Made by a program: the position numbers and the translations under genes. A stretch of 64,000 bases of DNA from an uncultured Lachnospiraceae bacterium (GTDB lineage: Bacteria; Bacillota; Clostridia; Oscillospirales; CAG-272). The notes below the pieces were generated by a model, which was not told where the DNA came from, made no database searches, and saw only the letters and a list, made by a program, of their open reading frames with translations. Below are positions 54,681-62,092 of this stretch, in pieces. The stretch is from positions 925 through 64,924 of the forward strand of contig CAYPRM010000004.1 in the NCBI GenBank assembly GCA_964413365.1, read 5' to 3'. The stretch's first letter is position 1; every line of letters begins with the position of its first letter.

Positions 54681-57527
54681 TCAATCGTAGGTGATCTTTG
54701 AGACATTTACCGTTACCGTGCCAATGGAGACGCCTGAAAGCTCATTTTCGGGCTTGCCCGATAGGATCAGAGTCGCCGTGCCGCTGTACGAGGGGGAGAG
54801 CATGATGCTGGGACTGTCGAATACTCCCGTAACGCTGTCAAGCTTTGAATTGAAGCTCGTGGTGATCCTTACGTCCGTACCGCCTGCGTTTCTGAAGGTC
54901 AAAACGCCGCCGTCGGTCGTCCAGCCCTCGGAAATGTAGCTGTGGGTGTCGGGATTCCATTCAAGCTCGTGATATACGAACGTCATTGCGCTCCACGTGA
55001 TCTCGACCGATACCGTATCGGAAAGGAGCGTGCCGTCTGAGACGCGAACTGCGCGATTTCCGGTGTAGGTCGTATCTATGGGCGTTTCCGTGGGGGAGAG
55101 GGAAGCTTCCGCATCTCCTACCGAGATCTGCCATGCGACCTCCGTGCCGAGGGAGGGAGCAGTGCCGAACGCGCTCTTGCCCTCGCCGCCGACCGCGGTT
55201 ACCGTTCCGCTCGAGATCGAAATTTCCGAGCTTTGTCCCGTGCTTGAGCCGCCGCCTATTCCGTAGGCACTTTTGCCGCCGTATGCGCTGACCGTTCCAC
55301 CCGAGACGGTGATGGTCTTGCCGCTACCCGATGCGCCGCCGCCGATGCCTGCACCGCCCGTGATGGTCTCACCCGAGCCTGTGCCGCCGATCGCGACAAC
55401 AACGCCGCCGCTGATGCTTATATTCCTACCGTCGCCGAAGAAGCCGCCGCCGATTCCCGATGCGCTCTCGCCACCGCGTGCGTATATCCTACCGCCCGTT
55501 ACGGTGATGTTGCGCGTCGATGCATTGTCCTCGCCGCCGATGCCTGCACCGCCGATCCCGCCCGTGCAGTCGAGGACACCGCCACCGCTGATGGTGAGCG
55601 TGCCCGTCGAGCCTGTGCTGTTGAAACTGTAGTAGCTCTTTTGGAGCGCGGCACAGAGTGCACCTGCCTTGAGAATACTCTTTGTGGAGATGGGAACGGT
55701 GATATTCACATCACCGTCGCCGCTCTCTATTGTTATGGGGGCTTTTCCGACCTCGAAGCTTTCAATATCCTCGGGATCGACAAATCCCGTGTCGGAAACG
55801 TCGATGTTTACATTTTCAAGTGTTATATTTGCCGAAACGCCGCCTGCGATGACTATCGTATCTCCCGAGGGGCGTGCTTTGTCGATGTTGCTTATGGTAA
55901 GGGGCTTGGAGGTCAGAATTTTCAAGACCTTCGCCTCGTATGTGTAATCCGTGCCCTCGATGAGAGTCTCTTGGGACGTTATTGCAAGCTCACGCTCCCA
56001 CCAAGTGGCGGTCAGTGTGATATCGCCCGTTACACCGCTGTCAAAATCGTACCTTTCGCCGTTGAGCGTCCAGTAAAGGAAGATGTACCCCTCCCTCTGA
56101 GGGATCAGCGTAGGCTCTGCGACCTTTTCACCCTTTCGCAGGGTTATTGGGGAGAGAGAACCGCTCGCACCGCCGAGGTCGAAGCTGACCGTGGCGTTCA
56201 CCGTGTCTCTGACTATTCCTTCACCCGTGATGGAACCGTAGAAAACGCCGTCTGCGATTATGCCCTCATTTGCTACACTTTTCATGAACGTTCCGCCGTC
56301 GATAAAGCCTGCGAGCTTATTGACGACTGCGCCGTTGAACGTTCCGCCGCAGATCTTCGCCCCTCCCTCGTTCGTAACCACGCCGCTAAACGTACCGCCC
56401 GAGATGGTCGAGCTCTCCCTGTTGATGACATCTCCCTTGAACGTGCCGCCTGTGATCGCACCGTAGTTCGTTATAGTGCCGCTGAACGTACCGCCCGAGA
56501 TCGTGACGCCATTGCTATCCTCCTCGAAGACAGTCGTTACATTACCTGTAAAATTACCTGCCGAGATCACGCTGCCCGCATAGACGGTGATGGGCTTTTT
56601 GAAGGCCGTGGTGGTGGATGAGGTGGAGGTGATGGTACTGTCTAAGTAAGACATTACAGTTGCATCTATCACGCCGCCGTTTGCTATTATTGTTCCAAAG
56701 CGGATAGATACATCCTTTTTTGAAGATGTATTTGTACAATTCGGATCGGAGCAGCAGAGTATCTTGGCATCACCGCTGATTATCATTGTGCCTCCGACTA
56801 AAACATCAACATCCGTTCCCACAGGGAGAACTAATGCGTCCCTGGCATCGTGATGACCGATTATCGTACCGCTCCTCATTTCGAATGTTGAATTTGAATT
56901 CCGGATCTCGACAATATTACAGATGCCCGATGATGATTTGCCTGTTATGGTGCCACCGTCCATCAGAAAATATCCTTCGTTGATGACGATCGTGCAGTAC
57001 GAATTATTGATCACGGTTCCGCCACCTGCGAGATCCCAGAGCGTCAGCTTTCCGTCTATTTGGATCTTATTTTCCGAGCTCAATGTGTGCCCGTTCAGAT
57101 CTATTACGATATTGCAATTTGCGGGAACGGTCAGTATGGATGTGAGCGTTATATCCGCATCGAGCGCTACGTAGTATTGCTTTAGGTAGCCGTAATTTAC
57201 ACCCGTCGTGTCAAACAGATTAATGAGGTTTCTCAGATTCTCCTCGCTGTCCGCGGCTGTTCCGCCCTGCTCGGACCATGACATCAAGCCCTTACATTCT
57301 GCACTTGCGGCTGCGTTTCCCGAGGAGCAGACGGGGCAGTCGTGGTCAAGATACGGACCTGTGCATTTGCGCTTGCAGGTGCAGACGTCCTCACCCACAT
57401 CCGACGCCGCCTGTGCGTCGAGATCGAGTGGCAGATGTATATGCACAAATGATGAGAGGGGGAGCGTTGCCGCCATAAAAACGATGCATAGCACGAGGGC
57501 TATATATCTCCGTCCTTGTAAATTCAT
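54681..57527 (-). CDS. Large secreted repeat protein (948 aa): Cys-rich N-terminus, GGTF-type beta-helix-like repeats, a Listeria-Bacteroides (Flg_new) repeat, a GIGGG repeat block and a C-terminal copy of the shared module
   Basis: It has a signal peptide and repeats ISGGTFSGxxTN. The Flg_new-like block is REGYIFLYWTLNGERYDFDSGVTGDITLTATW. Further repeats read ITVSGGxVxAxGGxxxxGIGGG. The C-terminus has EITWSAMTFVY...IGTVTVNV. Confidence 0.85.
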   Translation of the reverse strand: MNLQGRRYIALVLCIVFMAATLPLSSFVHIHLPLDLDAQAASDVGEDVCTCKRKCTGPYLDHDCPVCSSGNAAASAECKGLMSWSEQGGTAADSEENLRNLINLFDTTGVNYGYLKQYYVALDADITLTSILTVPANCNIVIDLNGHTLSSENKIQIDGKLTLWDLAGGGTVINNSYCTIVINEGYFLMDGGTITGKSSSGICNIVEIRNSNSTFEMRSGTIIGHHDARDALVLPVGTDVDVLVGGTMIISGDAKILCCSDPNCTNTSSKKDVSIRFGTIIANGGVIDATVMSYLDSTITSTSSTTTAFKKPITVYAGSVISAGNFTGNVTTVFEEDSNGVTISGGTFSGTITNYGAITGGTFKGDVINRESSTISGGTFSGVVTNEGGAKICGGTFNGAVVNKLAGFIDGGTFMKSVANEGIIADGVFYGSITGEGIVRDTVNATVSFDLGGASGSLSPITLRKGEKVAEPTLIPQREGYIFLYWTLNGERYDFDSGVTGDITLTATWWERELAITSQETLIEGTDYTYEAKVLKILTSKPLTISNIDKARPSGDTIVIAGGVSANITLENVNIDVSDTGFVDPEDIESFEVGKAPITIESGDGDVNITVPISTKSILKAGALCAALQKSYYSFNSTGSTGTLTISGGGVLDCTGGIGGAGIGGEDNASTRNITVTGGRIYARGGESASGIGGGFFGDGRNISISGGVVVAIGGTGSGETITGGAGIGGGASGSGKTITVSGGTVSAYGGKSAYGIGGGSSTGQSSEISISSGTVTAVGGEGKSAFGTAPSLGTEVAWQISVGDAEASLSPTETPIDTTYTGNRAVRVSDGTLLSDTVSVEITWSAMTFVYHELEWNPDTHSYISEGWTTDGGVLTFRNAGGTDVRITTSFNSKLDSVTGVFDSPSIMLSPSYSGTATLILSGKPENELSGVSIGTVTVNVSKITYD

Positions 57528-58007
57528 AGTACTGTATCTCCTTTGTGTATATTAAGGGAAATCATTCGTTCCCCGTGTTTTTTTAAGATCCTTATGATGA
57601 TGCTTCCTATCCTTGTATCGTCGAGAGCCGCGTTGGGCTTGCCCTCAAGCGTGAGAGCCGCTGTACCGCTCTCCGTGGGGGAGAGGGTGAGCGTTGCATT
57701 TGAGAGCGTGCCCGTAATGCCGTCAAGTGTCGATGCGAACGACAGGTCTGCTATTATACTAACGTTTCCTGCGTTTGTGAGCGTCAGAGTGCCGCCGTAT
57801 GCCGTAATCGTGCCACCGCTGATAGTTATATTCTGTGCCACACCGAAGAAGCCTCCGCCGATTCCTGAGTCGTCCTCTCCTCCGCGTGCGGTTATGTTAC
57901 CGCCCGTGATCTACTGCCGATATCGGCATTGCACCGAGAGTCATAACAAGACAGAGAAATAGCGAGATGAGTCTCCATGCTATCGCGGTAGTTTTGCGAT
58001 CCTTCAT
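57524..58007 (-). pseudogene. Decayed paralog of the 948-aa gene: a signal-peptide ORF, a frame break, then one GIGGG unit and the distal half of the shared module
   Basis: MKDRKTTAIAWRLISLFLCLVMTLGAMPISAVDHGR stops at 57897-57899. The +1 frame continues ITGGNITARGGEDDSGIGGGFFGVAQNITISGG...IGSIIIRI. Its stop overlaps the next ATG (ATGA). Confidence 0.55.
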
Positions 58008-58225
58008 ATAATTTATCTCCAAAAAATGCATTAATGCAGTATCAAAAACAAAAGCCACCCGAGACAGGGCGCAGGGAAGCGCTCCGCCTTTCTTCGGATG
58101 ACTTGTTTTTTGAATGTGGATCAGTTGCGCCACGAGGCATTCCATGACGCTCTGTGCCGCAGATCCACCCGTGATTTTGCCGTTCAAGTCCCGAAGTGCT
58201 CTTGCCGCCTTATATTATATATGCA
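58008..58225 (-). promoter_or_regulatory. Structured ~215-nt 5' leader of the surface-protein operon (riboswitch/attenuator candidate, class unknown)
   Basis: It has a long hairpin GUGGAUC-UGCGGCAC...GUGGCGCA-ACU-GAUCCAC (58116-58168) and a terminator (58044-58102). The CGGGUG at 58166-58171 can pair alternatively with the terminator's 5' arm. There is also a 12-bp palindrome tgcattaatgca (58027-58038). Confidence 0.45.
58044..58102 (-). terminator. Leader (conditional) intrinsic terminator
   Basis: On the minus strand GUCAUCCGA pairs with UCGGGUGGC (9 bp, 2 of them G-U) and is followed by UUUUGUUUUU. It lies upstream of the first ORF of the operon. Confidence 0.5.
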
Positions 58226-58231
58226 TAATTC

Positions 58232-58260
58232 ATTATAACATACTCAAAGACTTTTTGCAA
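58232..58260 (-). promoter_or_regulatory. Sigma-A type promoter of the surface-protein operon
   Basis: On the minus strand it reads TTGCAA-N17-TATAAT. Confidence 0.55.
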
Positions 58261-58340
58261 TAGGCTGTTGATAATTTTTTGAAAAAATGCGAAATTTTGA
58301 GCGATTTTTTCGATGGAATTTGACAAAATATAGACAATGT

Positions 58341-58369
58341 AAAAAGCCCCACGCTCCGAGGAGGTGGGG
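58341..58369 (-). terminator. Intrinsic terminator of the gtrA-like gene
   Basis: On the minus strand the hairpin ccccac-ctcctcggagc-gtgggg is followed by cuuuuu. Confidence 0.6.
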
Positions 58370-58381
58370 ATGGGTCTGATG

Positions 58382-58801
58382 TTATTTTTCTGTTGTGTCG
58401 CAGGTCGTGCGATAGACGACGAATCTTGTGAAAAGGTACTCGAGCACGAGGTTTGCGAGCATATTGATGCCCTCAACGAGGTATTCGTTGAGTCCTGCGC
58501 CCGTCGCAAAGCGTGTGAAAAACGTCGATGCAGGCGTGAAAACGACGTAGAACAGAGCCACGAGGAGCATCGACCGCTTCAGGTTGGCAGACGACTTGAA
58601 GGTGTATTTTCGATTGATCGTGAAGTTCCAGATCACCGACAGAACGAGCGAAATAAGATGCGAGATCTCCGCCTCTGCGATCCCTGCGACCTCGTTGAGA
58701 AGCGTGAAGGAAACGATCTGTATCAGCCCTGCGCTGATCGAGATGAGGGTGAATTTTAATGCACGCAAGATCTCACGGGTACTGTTTTTTTCGTTTGACA
58801 T
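58382..58801 (-). CDS. GtrA-family membrane protein
   Basis: It has four TM spans and the block SHLISLVLSVIWNFTINRKYTFK typical of GtrA-like proteins. Confidence 0.8.
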   Translation of the reverse strand: MSNEKNSTREILRALKFTLISISAGLIQIVSFTLLNEVAGIAEAEISHLISLVLSVIWNFTINRKYTFKSSANLKRSMLLVALFYVVFTPASTFFTRFATGAGLNEYLVEGINMLANLVLEYLFTRFVVYRTTCDTTEK

Positions 58802-58826
58802 AGATGTATTATCTCCAATCCTGCAA

Positions 58827-59549
58827 TTATTCGGACGCGCCCTCGAGATAGTAGATCACGATGTAATTCACCGTTTCATTGTACGTCGAGAGCACCGCAC
58901 CCTCGGTGAGCTCGTGAAGCTCCTCATAGCTGCCGTCGGAATTTATCCTTACCGCATAGATGGCGGTCTCCGCGTTTACGGAATAAATGTAATCGTCGGG
59001 GTAGAGAATGCTGTAGCTATCCTCTGTCCTTACCACGGTAGCCTCGTAGAGCCCCGATGCCTTGCCCGTGCGCACCTGCTCGATTATATCGTCCATGCTC
59101 GTTTGCTCGTAGACCTCCGTTCCGAAGGCGTAGGTGATGCCTCGGAAGGTGAACGTCAGCTTGTCGCCGTCGATGCTGCTCATAGCGTCGCCGTCGAGGA
59201 CCTCACCGTTCGTGAAGGTCGCGTGGAAGGTCGTGTAATTTCCGACGTTCTCCCAGGTGTACGTGCCGTAAAGACGCTCGCCCTCGTTGGTAGAGAACTC
59301 GATCTTCCCGTCCTCGGTGAAGCGGATGTAGGTGTTCTCAAAATCCGCCGAGACGAAGGGGAAGGGAACGGACGCCGTCGCAAAGCCGATCCTCCTGTGG
59401 ACGCCGCCGACGAATTCGTAGTCGACGAGGTAGTTCTGCAGACGCCACTCCACGCTCGCAGGCTCGCAATGACAGCCCGTCAGACACGCCAGCGCGCCGA
59501 GCACGACGCAGAGAAGTAATATAAGACTTGTGTGCTTGATTTTTTTCAT
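58827..59549 (-). CDS. Putative lipoprotein, function unknown (240 aa)
   Basis: It has a signal peptide with the lipobox LTGC. A GGAGG RBS is present. Confidence 0.65.
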   Translation of the reverse strand: MKKIKHTSLILLLCVVLGALACLTGCHCEPASVEWRLQNYLVDYEFVGGVHRRIGFATASVPFPFVSADFENTYIRFTEDGKIEFSTNEGERLYGTYTWENVGNYTTFHATFTNGEVLDGDAMSSIDGDKLTFTFRGITYAFGTEVYEQTSMDDIIEQVRTGKASGLYEATVVRTEDSYSILYPDDYIYSVNAETAIYAVRINSDGSYEELHELTEGAVLSTYNETVNYIVIYYLEGASE

Positions 59550-59701
59550 TTTTTCCTCCGATGATGGGTAATACCAAGTAGATCATATCATATTTTTGCA
59601 AAAAAAGCAATCACCTTGTGCCAAAAATCGAAAAATTAACAAATTTGGACGAGCGCCGCACAAGAAAAACTAAAAAAACTAATAAATTTGGCAAAAAAGT
59701 A

Positions 59702-59730
59702 TTGACAAAAGGCAAAAAATCATATATAAT
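59702..59730 (+). promoter_or_regulatory. Sigma-A type promoter for tRNA-Ser
   Basis: It reads TTGACA-N17-TATAAT, about 60 nt upstream of the mature 5' end. Confidence 0.55.
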
Positions 59731-59798
59731 ATCTAAGTCGACCAAATGGAAGCGGCAGTCGACGACCGCGGTGCACATTGCCGCGTGTCTTGCAGTAT

Positions 59799-59891
59799 GG
59801 AGAAGTACTCAAGAGGCCGAAGAGGCGCCCCTGCTAAGGGTGTAGGTCGGACATAACCGACGCGAGAGTTCAAATCTCTCCTTCTCCGCCA
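59799..59891 (+). tRNA. tRNA-Ser (anticodon GCU), type II, CCA encoded
   Basis: The acceptor is GGAGAAG/CTTCTCC, the anticodon arm is CGCCC-CTGCTAA-GGGTG, and there is a long variable arm. The T-arm is GAGAGTTCAAATCTCTC. Confidence 0.9.
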
Positions 59892-59896
59892 AAGGA

Positions 59897-59941
59897 AAAG
59901 CCCTTGAAAATGCTTGATTTGTTAGCATTTTCAAGGGCTTT
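59897..59941 (+). terminator. Long hairpin terminator after tRNA-Ser
   Basis: It has a 17-bp perfect stem aaagcccttgaaaatgc/gcattttcaagggcttt. Confidence 0.65.
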
Positions 59942-60053
59942 CGCTATTTTTGCAATTCTAAGGGTTCGTTACTTTTAAGTTTCCCAATTTTGTCATACCA
60001 CTCATCTCGCTCTTTTGCCTCATACACTTTGATACAATGAAATCGTTAATAGC

Positions 60054-60440
60054 TTAAATCACCCAAATCGGAACGATAAGATCATCTCTATCGAATGCAC
60101 CGAATTGATCCGCCATGCAAAGAACGGCTCCTGTTCCAAGCTGCAGAGGGGATTTATCAATTACATTAAACGTACGAACGATGCGCTTATCGGGTGTGGC
60201 AGTCTTTTTAATTTCTAACGGACAAAGCTTTCCGTCACCTTCCATAATAACATCAATTTCTTTAGCGTCACGATCACGGTAAAAATACAAATAAGGTTCT
60301 CTGCCTGCGTTCTGATAACCCTTTATTATCTCGGACACGGTAAAGTTTTCAAGAAACGCTCCACTCATTGCTCCGCTTTCGTGGAATTTCTCGAACACCT
60401 CTTTGCACATACTCGCCATTTGGGCTGATTACGCCACGGC
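60054..60440 (-). pseudogene. 3' remnant of an AAA-ATPase/DUF4143-family gene (only the C-terminal ~100 codons are recognisable)
   Basis: It has FLENFTVSEIIKGYQNAGREPYLYFYRDRDAKEIDVIME...LEIKKTATP, typical of a DUF4143 C-terminus. The frame closes at 60441-60443 with no ATPase part upstream. Confidence 0.55.
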
Positions 60441-60497
60441 CTCACCGTTGCTTGAATTTGACTTTGCTCGATCAATGCTAATACTGAAAATTTACAC

Positions 60498-60526
60498 TTG
60501 ACAGGCAGGGAAAAGTGTGGTACAAT
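60498..60526 (+). promoter_or_regulatory. Sigma-A type promoter for the Mn2+ riboswitch and mntP
   Basis: It reads TTGACA-N17-TACAAT with TGTGG before the -10 element. Confidence 0.6.
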
Positions 60527-60532
60527 GATCGG

Positions 60533-60650
60533 GTAGGGGAGTAGCAACCGCTCGGCGGAGCAAGTCAACATACTGACGAAAGTCTGGCTTGCTTTAATAT
60601 GCAAGACTTACGTATATCTTTTTTAAGGCTATACGTGGGTTTATTTTTTT
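60533..60650 (+). promoter_or_regulatory. yybP-ykoY (Mn2+) riboswitch with a terminator expression platform
   Basis: P1 is GUAGG/CUUAC, and the conserved GGGGAGUAG and CAACAUAC blocks are present. The terminator ACGUAUA...UAUACGU plus GGGUUUAUUUUUUU shares bases with the 3' strand of P1, as in an ON switch. mntP lies downstream. Confidence 0.8.
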
Positions 60651-60685
60651 GCCCTTTTGCGTATAGTGGAACGGAGGAATCAGAA

Positions 60686-61267
60686 ATGGATCTTGAATTT
60701 ATTATTGTAAGCATTATGTTCGGCTTCGGGCTTGCGATGGATGCGTTTTCCGTATCCTTGGCGAACGGAATGAACGAAAAGCGCATGGGAACGGGCAGAA
60801 TGTGCGAGATCGCGGGCACGTTCGCGTTCTTTCAGGCTCTCATGCCGATGCTCGGCTGGGTTTGCGTGCACACGCTGCTTGAATTTTTCACGGGATTTTC
60901 AAAATTTATTCCCTACATCGCACTTGCACTTCTTGCGTACATCGGTGGCAAGATGATCTACGAGGGTGTGAAGCGCGACTGCGAGGTCGAGGAATGTGGT
61001 GTGGGCTTTTGGGGCTTGATAGTGCAGGGAGTAGCGACCTCGATCGACGCACTCTCCGTCGGGCTTGACATTGCGGAGTACGAGCTTGCGGAGGCACTCG
61101 TTTCTGCGCTCATAATCGCGGCGGTAACGTTCATCATCTGTCTTGTCGGCGTATATCTCGGCAAGAAATTCGGCAACAGGCTCTCCGACAAGGCGAGCAT
61201 CTTCGGCGGTGTTATACTTATCTGCATTGGCATCTACATATTCATAAAAGGAATACTCGGAATATAG
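60686..61267 (+). CDS. mntP: Manganese efflux pump MntP (DUF204)
   Basis: It has FGFGLAMDAFSVSLANG and a second repeat VATSIDALSVGL. The ATG at 60686 follows GGAGG. Confidence 0.9.
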   Translation: MDLEFIIVSIMFGFGLAMDAFSVSLANGMNEKRMGTGRMCEIAGTFAFFQALMPMLGWVCVHTLLEFFTGFSKFIPYIALALLAYIGGKMIYEGVKRDCEVEECGVGFWGLIVQGVATSIDALSVGLDIAEYELAEALVSALIIAAVTFIICLVGVYLGKKFGNRLSDKASIFGGVILICIGIYIFIKGILGI

Positions 61268-61282
61268 AACAGATATAAAATA

Positions 61283-61312
61283 AAAGCCCTTGGAGCACCA
61301 AGGGCTTTTGCT
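61283..61312. terminator. Bidirectional intrinsic terminator
   Basis: The hairpin is aaagcccttgg-agca-ccaagggcttt. Confidence 0.8.
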
Positions 61313-61314
61313 AT

Positions 61315-62004
61315 TTACATATTAAAGAGGTCGATCTTTCTTACGACGTAGTTGAGCATTCTGCGCTGTATATAGGTTGCGTTTTCGTCAAGGAAGGCAG
61401 CCGCCTCGCCAACGCAATCCTCGCCCGTCAGGCGGTACATATTGAGTGCTCTTGCGAGCTCCTCGTCGCCGTTCTGCACAAGACATTCCTGCACGTCCGC
61501 GAAGTCCGCATCGGGCAGGTCGAAAAACATCTTCCACGCCTTCTTGGAGTGGTGGAGCTGGAGGTCGGAGAGCATTTTATATGCCACGAGCACCTTGAAC
61601 GCTCCCTCCTCGCCAAAGACCTCATCCCCACGGGAGAGCGCCTGCTCCTTCCAAAGAGCAACGGGTGAGCCGAAGGTATCAATGACGAATTTGCTCATCT
61701 GCTTATCGACGATCTCGAAAGTGAGAGCCTCGGGGGCGATACCGCGCTTTTTGCCGTTAGCATTGAGGAAATAGTTGAGAGGTCTTTTCTTGCCCTTTGA
61801 GGCTGCGACCTTGAAGGTATCGATATATGCAAGGTACGCGACCATTCCGCCGAGCACGACAAAGAGTGCGGCGACGATGACGAGAATGATCCTTGTGTAC
61901 TGCTCCTTCATAACGAAGGAGAACGCTCCGCAGAGCACGGCGAGCGCAAGGCACGCAACGGCTCCCACCCACAAAAGTATATTTACGGTCTTATTTTTAT
62001 TCAT
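61315..62004 (-). CDS. Hypothetical membrane-anchored protein (two N-terminal TM spans and a soluble C-terminal domain)
   Basis: An AAGGAG RBS is present. I recognise no family. Confidence 0.55.
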   Translation of the reverse strand: MNKNKTVNILLWVGAVACLALAVLCGAFSFVMKEQYTRIILVIVAALFVVLGGMVAYLAYIDTFKVAASKGKKRPLNYFLNANGKKRGIAPEALTFEIVDKQMSKFVIDTFGSPVALWKEQALSRGDEVFGEEGAFKVLVAYKMLSDLQLHHSKKAWKMFFDLPDADFADVQECLVQNGDEELARALNMYRLTGEDCVGEAAAFLDENATYIQRRMLNYVVRKIDLFNM

Positions 62005-62092
62005 AATGCATCTCCTTCGGATATGTTATCGTTATTTTTTTTATTTTAACACAAAGGTGAGAAATTTTCAATAGCAATTCGGGATTTTTTTG

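Noticed and set aside
57897-57912. Programmed +1 frameshift at CGG-UAA-C (RF2-like) joining the signal peptide to the downstream frame
   Set aside because: There is no convincing upstream SD-like stimulator or slippery codon. The downstream part also shows a large internal deletion relative to its paralog, so gene decay or an indel error is the simpler reading. It is kept as an alternative in the finding.
59892-60500. Integrated mobile element at tRNA-Ser
   Set aside because: Only a truncated DUF4143 remnant is present. I could find no integrase, no direct repeat of the tRNA 3' end and no phage or transposase genes.
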